A stretch of 62,365 nt of DNA, filler included, from Hausera hauseri (Eukaryota), in the NCBI GenBank assembly GCA_046269625.1. It is 12 parts of 12 records of this genome, joined end to end, with 100 filler letters (N's around TTAATTAATTAA, not from the genome) between each part and the next. Parts side by side here need not be neighbours in the genome. Positions count along the whole stretch, not along the records: positions 19,615 to 27,133 come from JBJURY010009567.1; positions 27,234 to 32,277 come from JBJURY010352931.1; positions 32,378 to 37,791 come from JBJURY010259844.1; 9 more parts are not named here. The stretch is one strand, 5' to 3'. The notes beneath the pieces were generated by a model. The model was not told the DNA's origin and searched no databases. It saw only the letters and a program-made list of their open reading frames with translations. Positions 25,380 through 37,105 of the stretch are shown one piece after another. The position numbers and the translations under genes are program-made. Within the stretch, counting starts at the first letter, position 1. Each line of letters opens with the position of its first letter.

Positions 25380-27133
25380 ACACCAATACCCATACGCTTA
25401 TCATCTTTCGCTTATCATCAGTACATGACAAAGCGATTTTTGTGTTTGTTATAGTATACAGCTGGTGCTCCATCAATCGCATGGTCGTTTGACACACAGC
25501 CATTGATTGTCCTCTTCCTTCTCCTTGTCGTCCACCGTCTTTTTCTTTTTCTTTTTCTGCTGCTGCTTCATAGATACTGCGATAATCATCGTGGCTTATT
25601 TCCGTCTGGCACAGCTGAACGCCTTTTGCGCGCATTTTCGCACCACAGTCCGTCAGGAGACTGTAGCACTTTGGGCCCAGGCATATCTATTCTCGGTACT
25701 GAACACGGCCTTCGCTTTCATCCTTGAAGCAGCCGAATTTGTTCGTGATGGTGTTGTTATACAGCGGATGATTCTGCAGGTAATTGGACGTGTTCAGTTG
25801 TTTACCTGCTATCATTTGCTGGAGCAGTTGGTCGCGATTGACGTATTTCAGCTCAAGAAAAATGTTGTTTGCGTCACCGAAAACGATACTGATATCACAG
25901 CCGTCAAACATTTACCGGTAACGTGCCAAGTCGCGATACTGGAGCTCGTACATTCGCAACTTGCTCAAGTCAAATACCACTTGTCCGATATAGCTTGGTC
26001 GGTCCAGTACGATTTATTCCCTGTTTAACAGCACGGCGATCAATCCATCGGCAATGTGCATTGAACGCCTGAACTGAGCCTTGCTGCTATACGTCACTAG
26101 CCGCTTTTTGTTGTTACATAGGCGCATATTGAGTCGCTTTTTGAGGTTCTCTACTGTTTTGACGTAGAGAGAATTTTTTTTCAACTTGTAGTAGTCCTTT
26201 TCGAACTTTGTACAAGCCGTGGCTGGTTTTTCTGATTTTCCGTCAATGCATGCATTGAATATCGGCGCCATATTGAATTTGATTGCCCAATGTAGCTGTG
26301 TGACGCATACACCGAGCTGCATGTAGAACTGTAGCATACGCCAGTGCATCACGTAATTTAGCTTCGGTTCATACGTCATGAGGAGTTTCTTCACCTTTGA
26401 GCCGCCGAGCGGACATTGGCTGATTGGTGCGGCAGGTAATTGGTCCAAAGCGTCATGCAACTCATCCGGTACCACGAGATCAACTTCCATCAGGTAACCG
26501 AATGAGCTGTTTTCTTCCGTGTCTACTCTAGGTAAATTTTCGAATATTGCCTTCAGGTCTTGCTTGTACGTTAACCATTCAAATGAACCATAGGTCAAGG
26601 GTTGTGAAAGCGTCCAGCCATACAGGATATTAATGTCAATGCACAGTAGTGATGTTGTGTTATCATCACTGGCAGCATCAGTAGCACTAACGTGGTGCTT
26701 GTTGAGAAATGTCATGCCGCCACGAATACCAACATCAAACAGTCTGTACATTTCTGGGTCTTAAAACAACTCAATGTCCCAGTCCAATGATATCAGAGTC
26801 AACGCCAAACCCATTCACGGTATGGAGTAAAAGTTGAGCGGCTCCAGACTATCTTCCGCCAACGCTTTAGTCCGAAATGTCTGAAACACGTCGGCCAGCA
26901 AGTACACGTCCAGTTTCAGATTCTGGAGCATGTAATTTAATAGGCTTCTGCAGCCGAGCTCTGACCAAGATTCCTGTGCTCTGCGATATTCATATTCTGT
27001 TATACTGGGCCACTGCGGCGGCAATTCCTCTGTTGTCTGAAGCCGCTCGTACGATATAGCAATGTCATACGGGAATATGCCGTTGCTACGTTCAATATGC
27101 ATCGGAAACTGAGTTGGTGTTAACGGTACATCC
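25380..27133 (-). pseudogene. Protein-primed DNA polymerase B (family B copy), 3' half
   Basis: GIFPYD, LKLDVYLLADVF, GIRGG, IDINILYG, YYKLKKNSLYVKT, GCFKDE, RAKGV, KIALSCTDDKR. Confidence 0.93.
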
Positions 27134-27233
27134 NNNNNNNNNNNNNNNNNNNNNNNNNNNNNNNNNNNNNNNNNNNNTTAATTAATTAANNNNNNNNNNN
27201 NNNNNNNNNNNNNNNNNNNNNNNNNNNNNNNNN

Positions 27234-28400
27234 GGGTTCTCTCGGTTTTTCAGTCATTGCAATGGTCGATTATCCGTGTATATCACTAAGGGTTTGTTTT
27301 CGCTAATATATGGTGAGAATACTTCTACAGCAAAAATTACTGCCAATGATTCTTTTTCTATTACTGAGTATTTCGTTTGGTGTTTGTTTAATTTCCTTGA
27401 CGCGTATGCCACCGGATGTTCTTTACCATCATTATCTTTTTGTGATAGTACTGCTCCCATCCCATAATCACTCGCATCAGTTGGGTACATGAGGATAGGA
27501 GCGTTTAACAGTTTTTCTTTTAAATTATCAAAAGCCTTTTGACAGTCATTGGTCCATACTACTTTTTCTAAATCCCCCCGTAACAATTCATACAGTGGCT
27601 TGGCTATTTTGCTAAAGTTCTTTATAAATCTACGATAGTAGTTTACTAATCCAAGGAATCGACGTAACTCTTTTACTGTGGTTGGCTTTGGGAAATCTTT
27701 TATCTTTCCTAATAGTCTATCCTGGGACTTTACACCATTTCTATCAAATCGGTGTCCGAGGAAATCCACTTCAGTTTGAGCGAACATACATTTCTTTGGG
27801 TTTATTATTAAGCCAGTGATTTCACATCGATCGAAGAGATTCTGTAAATCTTTCAAGTGTTGCTGAAAATCCGACGATGCTATTATTACATCATCAATGT
27901 ATACCACAGCGTGTGGTGCGTCTAAAAGTAGTAATTCTGTTCCTCGCTGAAATGTTGGTGGTCCATTTTTTAATCCGAACGGCATTCTATTAAATTCCCA
28001 TAATCCTTCCCCTATTGAGAACGCTGTTTTAGGTTTATCTTCCTCTTTTAGCCCCACTTGCCAATATCCCTTTTGTAGGTCAATAGTGGTAAATATTGTC
28101 GCACCATGTAATTTATCTAATATTTCGTCGATCCTTGGTAATGGATAGGTGTCGGTTTCTGTTACTTCATTCAATGCCCTATAGTCTATACAAAATCTCA
28201 TCGTCCCGTCTTTCTTTTTAACCATTACTACTAGTGTAGTCCACGGCCAGCAGCTTGGTCGTATTATTTTATTCTCTCTCATTTCTTTTATAATTTTTCG
28301 AGCCTCTTCCTTTTTGTCGTATGCCAGCTTGTAAAGCCGTTTTTAATGGGCTTATCTTGTCTCTCTTTTAACTTGATAACATGTTGAATAATGTTCATTG
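27234..28400 (-). pseudogene. Ty3/Gypsy reverse transcriptase and RNase H
   Basis: RFCIDYRALN, IDLQKGYWQ, RMPFGLKN, YIDD, FLGH, FLGLVNYYRRFI, TDASDYG, EKE, TDNRPL. Confidence 0.97.
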
Positions 28401-28562
28401 TTCCTAAATCATAATAATTTTGGGCGAATCGACCACTATTATTTTCTAATAGTTGAAGCAACATTTCTTTTTCCTCTTCTGTCAGTGCCGTGGAATTTTA
28501 TAGTTTCTCTTTCCAATTGATCGTGGTGGTTTTCTTTTCCTTATCTTTGTTGGTATTCTATT

Positions 28563-29270
28563 TTAATTTCCTCGACCCCATCTTTTCGATTTATCTACAT
28601 CTGAGATAATCGACTTAGTCTCCTCCTTGGGTATTTCTTCAATTGCCATTATCGATCCGAGTCTGCTATTCCGTTTTAGTTGTTTTTCCTTTGTTCCAGT
28701 GTTACAGATTCTCAAATGGATTTTTTCATCTCTTATTTTATTCGCATGTGGTGTTACTAAAATGTCATATTTATCCATTACGTATGGAGATAGCTCAAAA
28801 TATTCTGACCTTATTGGTAGATTCCTTTCTATTCTACCGTGCACTACCATTTCTGAACGCGGTGGAATAGTAATATCTTCTATCAATGAAACGGCTTCCT
28901 CGTATCGCTTCTCGTTAAAACTTCTAAGTTGGCCCGTCTTAATATCAATATATACGTTATCTAATTGGTGTAATACGTCACATCCCAGTAGTATTTCGTT
29001 CGTTAGATTCTCAGCTACTCTTATAGTGTGGTTTATAATTTGGCCACAAATTTTAATCTTCGCGTCTAGAACCATTTTTATCTCCTCCTCTATTCCAAAT
29101 GCTCCTACATTAATCAGGGTTTCTTCAAGCTTTCGTAATTTACTTTTCAATTTCTTGGGTAACTGACTCCTTCACATTATTGTGGTTATGGATCCGGTGT
29201 CTATTAAGTCAAATAGTGGATACCCATTTACTTCTATTTCTATTTCTGGTCTCGTATACGATCGGGCTTC
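28563..29270 (-). pseudogene. Retropepsin (aspartic protease) followed by a dUTPase-like spacer domain
   Basis: LIDTGS catalytic motif and ILLGCD, then ITIPPRSEMVV...LRICN...RLG. One in-frame TGA at 29172-29174. Confidence 0.88.
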
Positions 29271-29654
29271 GTTCTTAGAACTTACCTTACATGTCGCTTC
29301 GCGATTATATGGTATAGGATTTTCGTTGTAATCCTGTTTTATTCTTAAAATTTGGTACGTGGGGTACATTCCCCCATGTCTTACGTACTGGGGGGCTGAT
29401 GGGTTCATCGACAATTGGTCACTGTAAACTTGTCCATAGTACTCTTCCGCAGGATTTAGTTGTGGTAAATCGGTAACTAATTTCCTTTGATATTTTTGCT
29501 TGTGGGGTTTCAACGGCAATCTTTTAAGTCCATCAATATACCTATTGCCTTTAAATCTAGTGTCTAAGTTGTCCTCACAACTTCTTCCATTCAGGGTGCT
29601 GTAAGGTGAATTATTGTCAGCCTCGTGGTTTCTTTCTTTTGATATTTTCCTTTT

Positions 29655-31490
29655 CTATTTCGCGTCATGATTTGGTAAAAAGCAACTAGCTACTGCTGGT
29701 ATCACCGCTATGAGGATTTTACAAGAACATACCATAGCTGCATGTATACCATACGCTTTACCCAGCGCAGTGAATATCGTTCATAAGGCACTGATAATAA
29801 AATATATAGCCAAGAATCCTGATGCTGCCTGACCGAAGTATAAAAACTTCCCCCACATCTTTTCCATCACGTTTTTTGTAACCTTCTTCAGATAATCCTT
29901 TCCCATTAAATTCGCCCAATGTGGGAAACATTCTCCATCCCACATTACTTTTCTTGTTAGTTTCGTTAATATCCGTTGTCTCTGTTGAGGGAACAATAAC
30001 ATCCTTCGATAATCTTCTACATTTTTTTGCGTGTACATGCCTCCTTAGGATATGCCAGTTAATGGTTCGAATTTCTGATTTCTTTGTAAGTTAATTAAAC
30101 TTAAAGTTTCCGGTGTTGCTACTTCTTCTCTTTTTGGCATTCTGAACCACTTGTCATTTAGTTTAAACATTGGTGGCATATTAAAAGTACAATTATCCAG
30201 TTGCATGGGTTTCGCCCTAGCATCTAATAATATGCGGGTTACCGGTATCACATACCGAGGTTCCATATTATAATTCACTGGCAACTCTGAGGTGCATTCT
30301 TCAGTTTCTCTGATCGCTACCTCTACCTTTTTACATTCAATCGTTACTAATACCTCACCCATCACTCGCCCAATCACTCCTTCTCCAAATGGCATAACCG
30401 GGGCCACCATATCTGGATTCGTTATCACCAACGCCATCTTGTTACGTATTATTTCGTAAATCAATTTACATTCGTTCAGTATTATTTCCCTATATAAGTT
30501 TCGTATTTCCCTTCAAACGTAATTAATCAAATAGTCTATTTTATTATCGAAGTATTGTGTTAATTTGATATCTTTCTTGTCAATTTTTGTTTTCGCCTCC
30601 ATCACCTCTCTCTATAATTGGTCTTGAACATTTGTTCATTACATCTATTGGTCATTCCCATAATTCTTAATCGCATCATTTCTTTGGGGTTTTGTGAGTA
30701 TACTACCGTTGCTACTTCCGTCATTTTTACTTCTTTAACTCCTTCTCTGTAGGTTGCTGTTTCTTTTTCAGCCGTTTTTCCAATTGTTTTGTTAAATTTT
30801 CCTTCTTTTAATAACGTCAAATGACATCTATTTGAAGATGTTTCCCAGGTCATCTTAAATTTTCCCTTATCACATTCACCATTCTCGTATTCACATTCAC
30901 CCATTATTGTCATGAATTTTGTTTGTGAATCGAATAATCCTTCGTATTCTTTTAATTGGACCTGATAATCTTCAATTGCTACCGTTCTTGAAGCAATGGT
31001 GCCTCCAACATCATAATCTACTTTTTTACAGGTGCCTTCCATCGTTTTATCTATTCTTCCTGCTCGAAAAATCCGAGTATACTTTATCTTACCTCGTACG
31101 GCTGGTATCTGAGCATTCTGTATTGTTATGACCCCGATTTTAAAAGCGTCTTGACATTCTGTCCGTGATATTATTATTGGCTCAAAAGGAGTTGTTGGTT
31201 CGATAATTGCGGAGTTTCCTGAGTAGTATACACAGTTGAATAAAAAAATGACTTCTTTACATAACACTCCCCAATTTTGACCTTTATAAATTCTGATTCC
31301 TGATAGACCCAATACCTGTGACCACTAGTTGTTGTTAATTGTTCCGGGTCCGCTTCAGGGCATTTCTCTAGATCAATTAAGAAATACTTTTGTTCTTCTT
31401 TTGGCTTTGAACAATCATAAGCCATTATTCCCATAGCTTTTGGCATGCAAATAGATGCTATTAGTAATATTAGTAATATTTCCATAAAGG
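29655..31490 (-). pseudogene. Env-like class III fusion glycoprotein (chuvirus G / herpes gB-like) embedded in the Gypsy element
   Basis: Signal peptide ILLILLIASICMPKAMG, then IMAYDC...LEKCP; ISRTECQ; GEVLVTIECKKVEVAIRETEECTSELPV...PVTRIL; GGMYT...LLFP; C-terminal TM GFLAIYFIISAL. These motifs match chuvirus-like glycoproteins. Confidence 0.82.
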
Positions 31491-32277
31491 ACATTCCACC
31501 CAAACCTTGTTTACTCATGCTTGGTTGTGTTGTGATTGGTCTTTCCGGTATTTCCCCTTCTGATCTTAATCTGCCATTCATCAGACTAGGTATTTATCCA
31601 CCTATACACGGTACCCAATTTCCTAGAGTATCACGCAAAATTTTAACAGTCACCTTTATATTCCGTTTGATTTCGTCCAAGTTCTGTGTTTAATAATTAA
31701 TAATGATCACTTTATATATCATGTAGGCAACGGCCGTAATAACCTTTTCCCGTGTGATCCCTGTGGAAAACATCTCCAATATATTTTGCTCATGGAGTTC
31801 GTTAATTCGTTCTTCATTAATATTTTCATAAAATTGTCTGCTAATTCTTAACATATTATTTCGTAGCGTCTGCAACAATTCGTCAGGGATAGCAATTTGC
31901 ATATCAAACGATGCAAACGACGTATGTAGTTTTGCTAGCAGCGTTCGCAACAAGGGATCTATATTTACTGCTTCTGGTATCGTATCCGTTTCTGTTAATA
32001 ATAATCGTCTTACGATTTCTTCGTTCCGATCTTTTTTATTGCAAGTGTCACTTATTTTTGTTCCCTTTGACCTTTCTTTCATTCAAGCTTCGATCTGCAC
32101 CATGACATCTTGAGTGCCACCCAATAGCTGTTCTTCCGCTATTCGGGGTTCTACCTCCCTCACTATATTAGTTATTGTTTCTTCCGCCCTTGTTTCTGGA
32201 TGTATTTCAGTTATAGTGATTGGATTATAGTTCTCGCTTCGACACCCAATTCTTAATAGTTGATTATAGCTGTATAA
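31491..32277 (-). pseudogene. Conserved unknown domain X preceding the glycoprotein
   Basis: EEIVRRLLLTE...RTLLAKL...IKVTVKIL...WVPCIGG*IPSL, in the same frame as the G signal peptide. Homologous to 39267-39993. Confidence 0.6.
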
Positions 32278-33099
32278 NNNNNNNNNNNNNNNNNNNNNNN
32301 NNNNNNNNNNNNNNNNNNNNNTTAATTAATTAANNNNNNNNNNNNNNNNNNNNNNNNNNNNNNNNNNNNNNNNNNNNAAATTCATTCAAAATGTTTGTTT
32401 TGACCTCATAACTTCCGAACAACACGAAAGTAACTATGAGCAACATACTATCGTCTGCTCATTATCCTGGTTTCTGTCAGCTCACATAGCTACTGAACGT
32501 CAAACACATGTCCAGTCATTATTTCATCTGTAAATTTCCGAATTTCACTCTCAATGTACTCTTCCATTTAAGTTGTAATATGTAATATGGTTGATATGTT
32601 TATACCTGAGTAAAAGAAATAATTTAGTGTATATCAATTTATTAAATAATTGTACTTAATGTTTTCAATTTAAAGTTAATAAGTTAGTGTATATAAATTT
32701 ATTATATAATGGTATTTAATGTTAATATTTACTTTAATTTGTTTAAATTTAGAAATGTAATCAATATCCCACGTATTGCGTCTCTCGCATACATGAGGAG
32801 GCAGAAGATGATGCTAGTGCATTGCTCCATGTATCCATGTTACTGTACAAGTAGAGTGCCCAACGTTGATGGTTGCCATAGTGCATTGGAGCAATACTAT
32901 GGCGCCACAACGGTGCACGGTAAACGGGCCTATGTATGTCCCGGTTGTTCTATAGTTGATAATGAAATCAACTATGAATAATTTTATAATGAGCACAAGG
33001 GCCAATTGAACCAGTTTCAGAGGTCCAAAAAGGAAGTATTAATGGAAGCAGAAAAAAGCAGTATTCCCTCAACAAGCAGGAAACTTCAAGCATCAACAA

Positions 33100-36000
33100 G
33101 CCTTGATGAATACATGCAAAGCAGAAATACAGAGCATCAGCAGCAGAAGCAGCAGCAGCAGCAAGAACCGCCCATTACTGTCAAGTACGATCTAAACAAA
33201 TATAAGTATAAAAGTAAACATGTCGGTGAAATCAGCAACTGAACTGAGGCACATACCCGCTCATGTGCGCAACCGCTTAGAAACCGAAGTAAAGAAATTC
33301 AAACACCACAACTGCAAAGCGCAATATTATGTACTTGCAGAATTTGAGAATCTGCAAGCTGACAGGAAACAGTGGTACCTGTCACATCGAGCAGTTCCAT
33401 ATTCCAAAGATTTCATTGCCGACTTAGGCGAAAAGCTGGACGAAAAAATCGCCAACTACACCGAAAAGGACAGTGGTTGGCGAATAATAAAAATTGTCAC
33501 TCTCGGTTTTATTATAACAAAGTCGAGTGACATAATTTACCTGTCCGGACGTTCATTCATACCGACACCTGAAGATCTAAAGCACTCTTATGCTGTAGTG
33601 AATGTAAAAAATACGGACGGTGATTACTGTTTTATTTACAGTATTCTGGCGGTATTAAAATATGACGAAGTGGGCAGACATAGTGAATATCGTCCGAGTC
33701 AGTATCGGCAGTATTTTTCTGAATTGCAATTCAACGAAAACTGGATGCCGATAAAACTAAAAACCAATCCGACACTGTCAGTCAACGTGTTACGGTAAAT
33801 TACAATAGTTGAAATACCGACAGACGAAGGAATTTACAAGAATCCACATGTGGATATAATCTATCGAAGACGGAACCAGAATGAACGCACAGTAAATTTG
33901 TTAATGTTAAACCAGGCAGATACATTTCATTACGTGGCCGTAACAAATTTGGACCGACTGCTGAACATGGATCACCATCAGTTTGACCAAAAACAAATAC
34001 GTTGTAAATAGTGTCCTGCATGTCTGCATGGCTTCAGATCAGAAACCACGTGGGAAAAACATGTGACGCTGTGCAGACAGAATGCATCAGGAACAACAAT
34101 GTACGTCATGCCAGTCAAACAAAAGTTGAGATTTAGTGACTGGTCTAAAACGGACAGTCCAGAATATGTGATATGTGCTGATATTGAAGCAATCCTACTA
34201 CAGCACGACGTATACGATCAAAAACATGTTCCATTTGCCATCGGAATGTTGGTTGTCCCAAAAAATCTGCAGGTCAACCGCAGTATTACATGTTTCACGG
34301 CTGGAACTTAGTGCATGATTTCCTGCATCATTTGGAAACAATAGTTGAATCGGAAATCTCACCGTGTTATCGCAATAACAGAACAAAACCCCTGATTTGG
34401 ACAGATGAAGGTGAAAGTTTGACGTTTGCAGGCACTGAGGAATGTTATCTGTGCCATAAAATATTACCGTTTGACGCACAGGAACGACTCGTACCGGATC
34501 ACGACCATTTTACCGGTAGATACTTGGGAGCAGCACGTAAATCATGCAATTTACCGAGGCTAGTGCGGCCAATCCTACCAATGATCTTTCATAATTTCCG
34601 AGGTTATGATTGTCACCATATACTGAAATGGGCCATCAACGGATTTCCGTACTGGGAACTGTCCATAATCTCAACAATGGATAAGTACCTGTCCTTGTCA
34701 GCACGCATAAACCGGTTCCAGATACACTTCCTTGATTTATTGCAATTTCTCAATGAATCACCGGCGAAGCTGGTAAATGTCTTGTCGGATGAGCCGATAA
34801 CCTCAACGCAGTTCTCTACACATATTGAACGCAGCAAAGGTACATTTCCATATAACTTTGCAATATCATATGAGCGACTCCGGACAGCAGAGGAATTACC
34901 GCCGCAATGGACAGGCATCACAGAACTTAAATATCAGAGAGCACAAGAATCTTGGACAGATCTCGGCTTTAAAAACATGTTGGATTACATGCTATGCATC
35001 TTAAACTGGACGTATACTTATTAGCCGATGTGTTCCAGGCGTTTTGAGCGAAAGCGTTGGCTGAAGATAGGCTGGAGCCACTCAACTTATATTCCATACC
35101 AGGAATGAGTTGAGCGTCAGCTCTAATGTCACTGGATCGAGATATTGTGCTGCTACAAGACCCGCAAATGTACCGGCTGTTCAATGTTAGTATTGGCGGC
35201 GGCATGACATTTGTCTACAAGCACCAGGTCAGTGCTACCGATACCACATCACTGCCATATATTGACATTAATAACCTGTATGGCTGCGCACTTTCGCAAC
35301 ACTTGCCGTACGGTTCATTCGAATGGGTTGTCGACAGACAAGATGTGGACTACATAATAGTCAAACTACCACGAGCAGACATGGCAGGCTCAGTCGGATA
35401 CCTGATGAAGGTCGATTTCGAGATACCAGACAAGCTGCATGACGTTTTGGACGATTTGCCGTTCTTACCATTTAACCAATGTCCATAATGCTCAAAAGTG
35501 ACGAAACTGCTCATGACGTATGAACCGAAACTGAATTACGTGGTCCATTGGCGTCTGCTACACTTCCACATGCAGCTCGGTGTACGCGTCACACAGCTGC
35601 ATCGTGCAATCGATTTGCTCAGGCTCCCATATTCAAGGCGTACATAGATGAAAATTCGGAGAAACAAGCCGCAACTTGTACAAAGTTGGAAAAGGACTAC
35701 TACAAGCTGAAAAACAATTCTCTGTGCGGAAAAACAGTGGAGAATCTGAAAAAGCGGCTCAGTGTACGCCTATGCAATAGCGAAAAACGGTTGGTCACCT
35801 ATACAAGTAAGGCGCAGTTTCGGCGGTCAATGCACATTGCCAATGGATTTGTTGCGGTGCTGTTAAACAGAGAAGACGTCGTTCTGGATCGGCCAAGTTA
35901 CATAGGACAAGTGATATTGGACCTGAGTAAGTTGCGGATGTATGAGCTACAGTATCGCGATTTGGCACGTTACCGGCAAATGTTTAATGGCTGCAATATT

Positions 36001-36332
36001 GACATAATTGCCGGTGACAGACAGTTTCTACCTGCGGCTGAAAAACATCAATCGCGAACAGCTACTGCAGCAAATGCAGTCAGGTGGATTACTGGACACG
36101 TCCAACCACCCACCGGATCATCCGTTGTACAGCAGCGCGATCACCAATAAAATCGTTTGCTTCAAGGATGAAAATAAAGGTCTTGTCCGATATCGGTAAT
36201 GGATATTTCTACGACCAAAATGTCATAGCCCTTTAACCGACTGTGGACCGAAAACGCGCGCCAAAAGAGTCAAGTTGAGACAAACGCAAATCGATCACGG
36301 TGATTATCGCCGTATGTATGAAGCAGCAGCAG
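33100..36332 (+). pseudogene. Protein-primed DNA polymerase B (family B), near full length, C-terminus missing
   Basis: DSGWRI, GRSFIPTP, DYCFIYSIL, HYVAVTNLDRLL, CADIE, CYLC..DHDHFTGRYLGAA, FHNFRGYD, KGTFPY, YIDINNLYG, YYKLKNNSLCGKT, FKDE. Confidence 0.93.
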
Positions 36333-36804
36333 ATGAAGCTGCAGAACAGTTCAGCTTATCTTGCAGAGATCCAATAAGTTTGCATGTTCCACCTCTCCCT
36401 TTCTTCTCCCCGCTACATATGCTCAGTGATAAGGTCCCATCTGGTGTGACTGGTAGGGACAGAGGAAGCTTACTTGGTGGGAACTCGGGGAGGTCTAGAA
36501 CTGATGGAGTTATAGAAGAATAAATTGGGATGACATATGAAAATATAAGACCGGAAATAGTAGCCCAAAACAGATTAAACTGCTTTTACCCGTCCCCACG
36601 GAAGAAAACGTGTTTGAAACAATAATTTACTAATATTTTTAAAATATTATCAACTCGAACTGATAGAGAAATGGATAATAAGACGAATCCTCAATTTAAA
36701 CACCACCCGCTACGCAACCCATGTCTTGGAAACAATTTAATCCGTATTTCAGATGTAGATTTTTCGGACTGGTGATACTCAACCCGCATAAAAAAATAAC
36801 TAAC

Positions 36805-37105
36805 CCCTCCTGGATCTGTAAGACCAAATGTGTGATAGTTAATCGTGTTAGGATAGTAAGCAGTGTGTCCTGTCTGGCTGGCATGAGCTGTGTACATGTA
36901 CATAGGACTGGAACCCGACTGTTGTGGCGATGGTGAATTCTGCTGAGAGGGCGACGAATGTGAAGCCTGAACAGCAGACGTTGGTTGTAGAAGGTGCTGA
37001 ACTGGATGCTGTTGGTGCATCATTTGAGATGATGTTGTTAATTGTGAAGGTGACATCTGCAACCTCTGCTGACTTATCTGCCCAGTTAAACTCTGTGCCA
37101 TATGA
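36805..37105 (-). other. Probable exon of a host gene (Q/S/P-rich low-complexity region)
   Basis: Open frame SQQRLQMSPSQ...HQQHPVQH...PSPQQSGSSPMY ending at a GTTAGT donor-like site. No recognisable domain. Confidence 0.35.

Noticed and set aside
9241-31596. APOBEC-like hypermutation (Trp codons changed to TAG/TGA/TAA at 9247, 27254 and 31594)
   Set aside because: There are too few sites, and similar changes occur in the DNA transposons. A consensus-based mutation spectrum would be needed.
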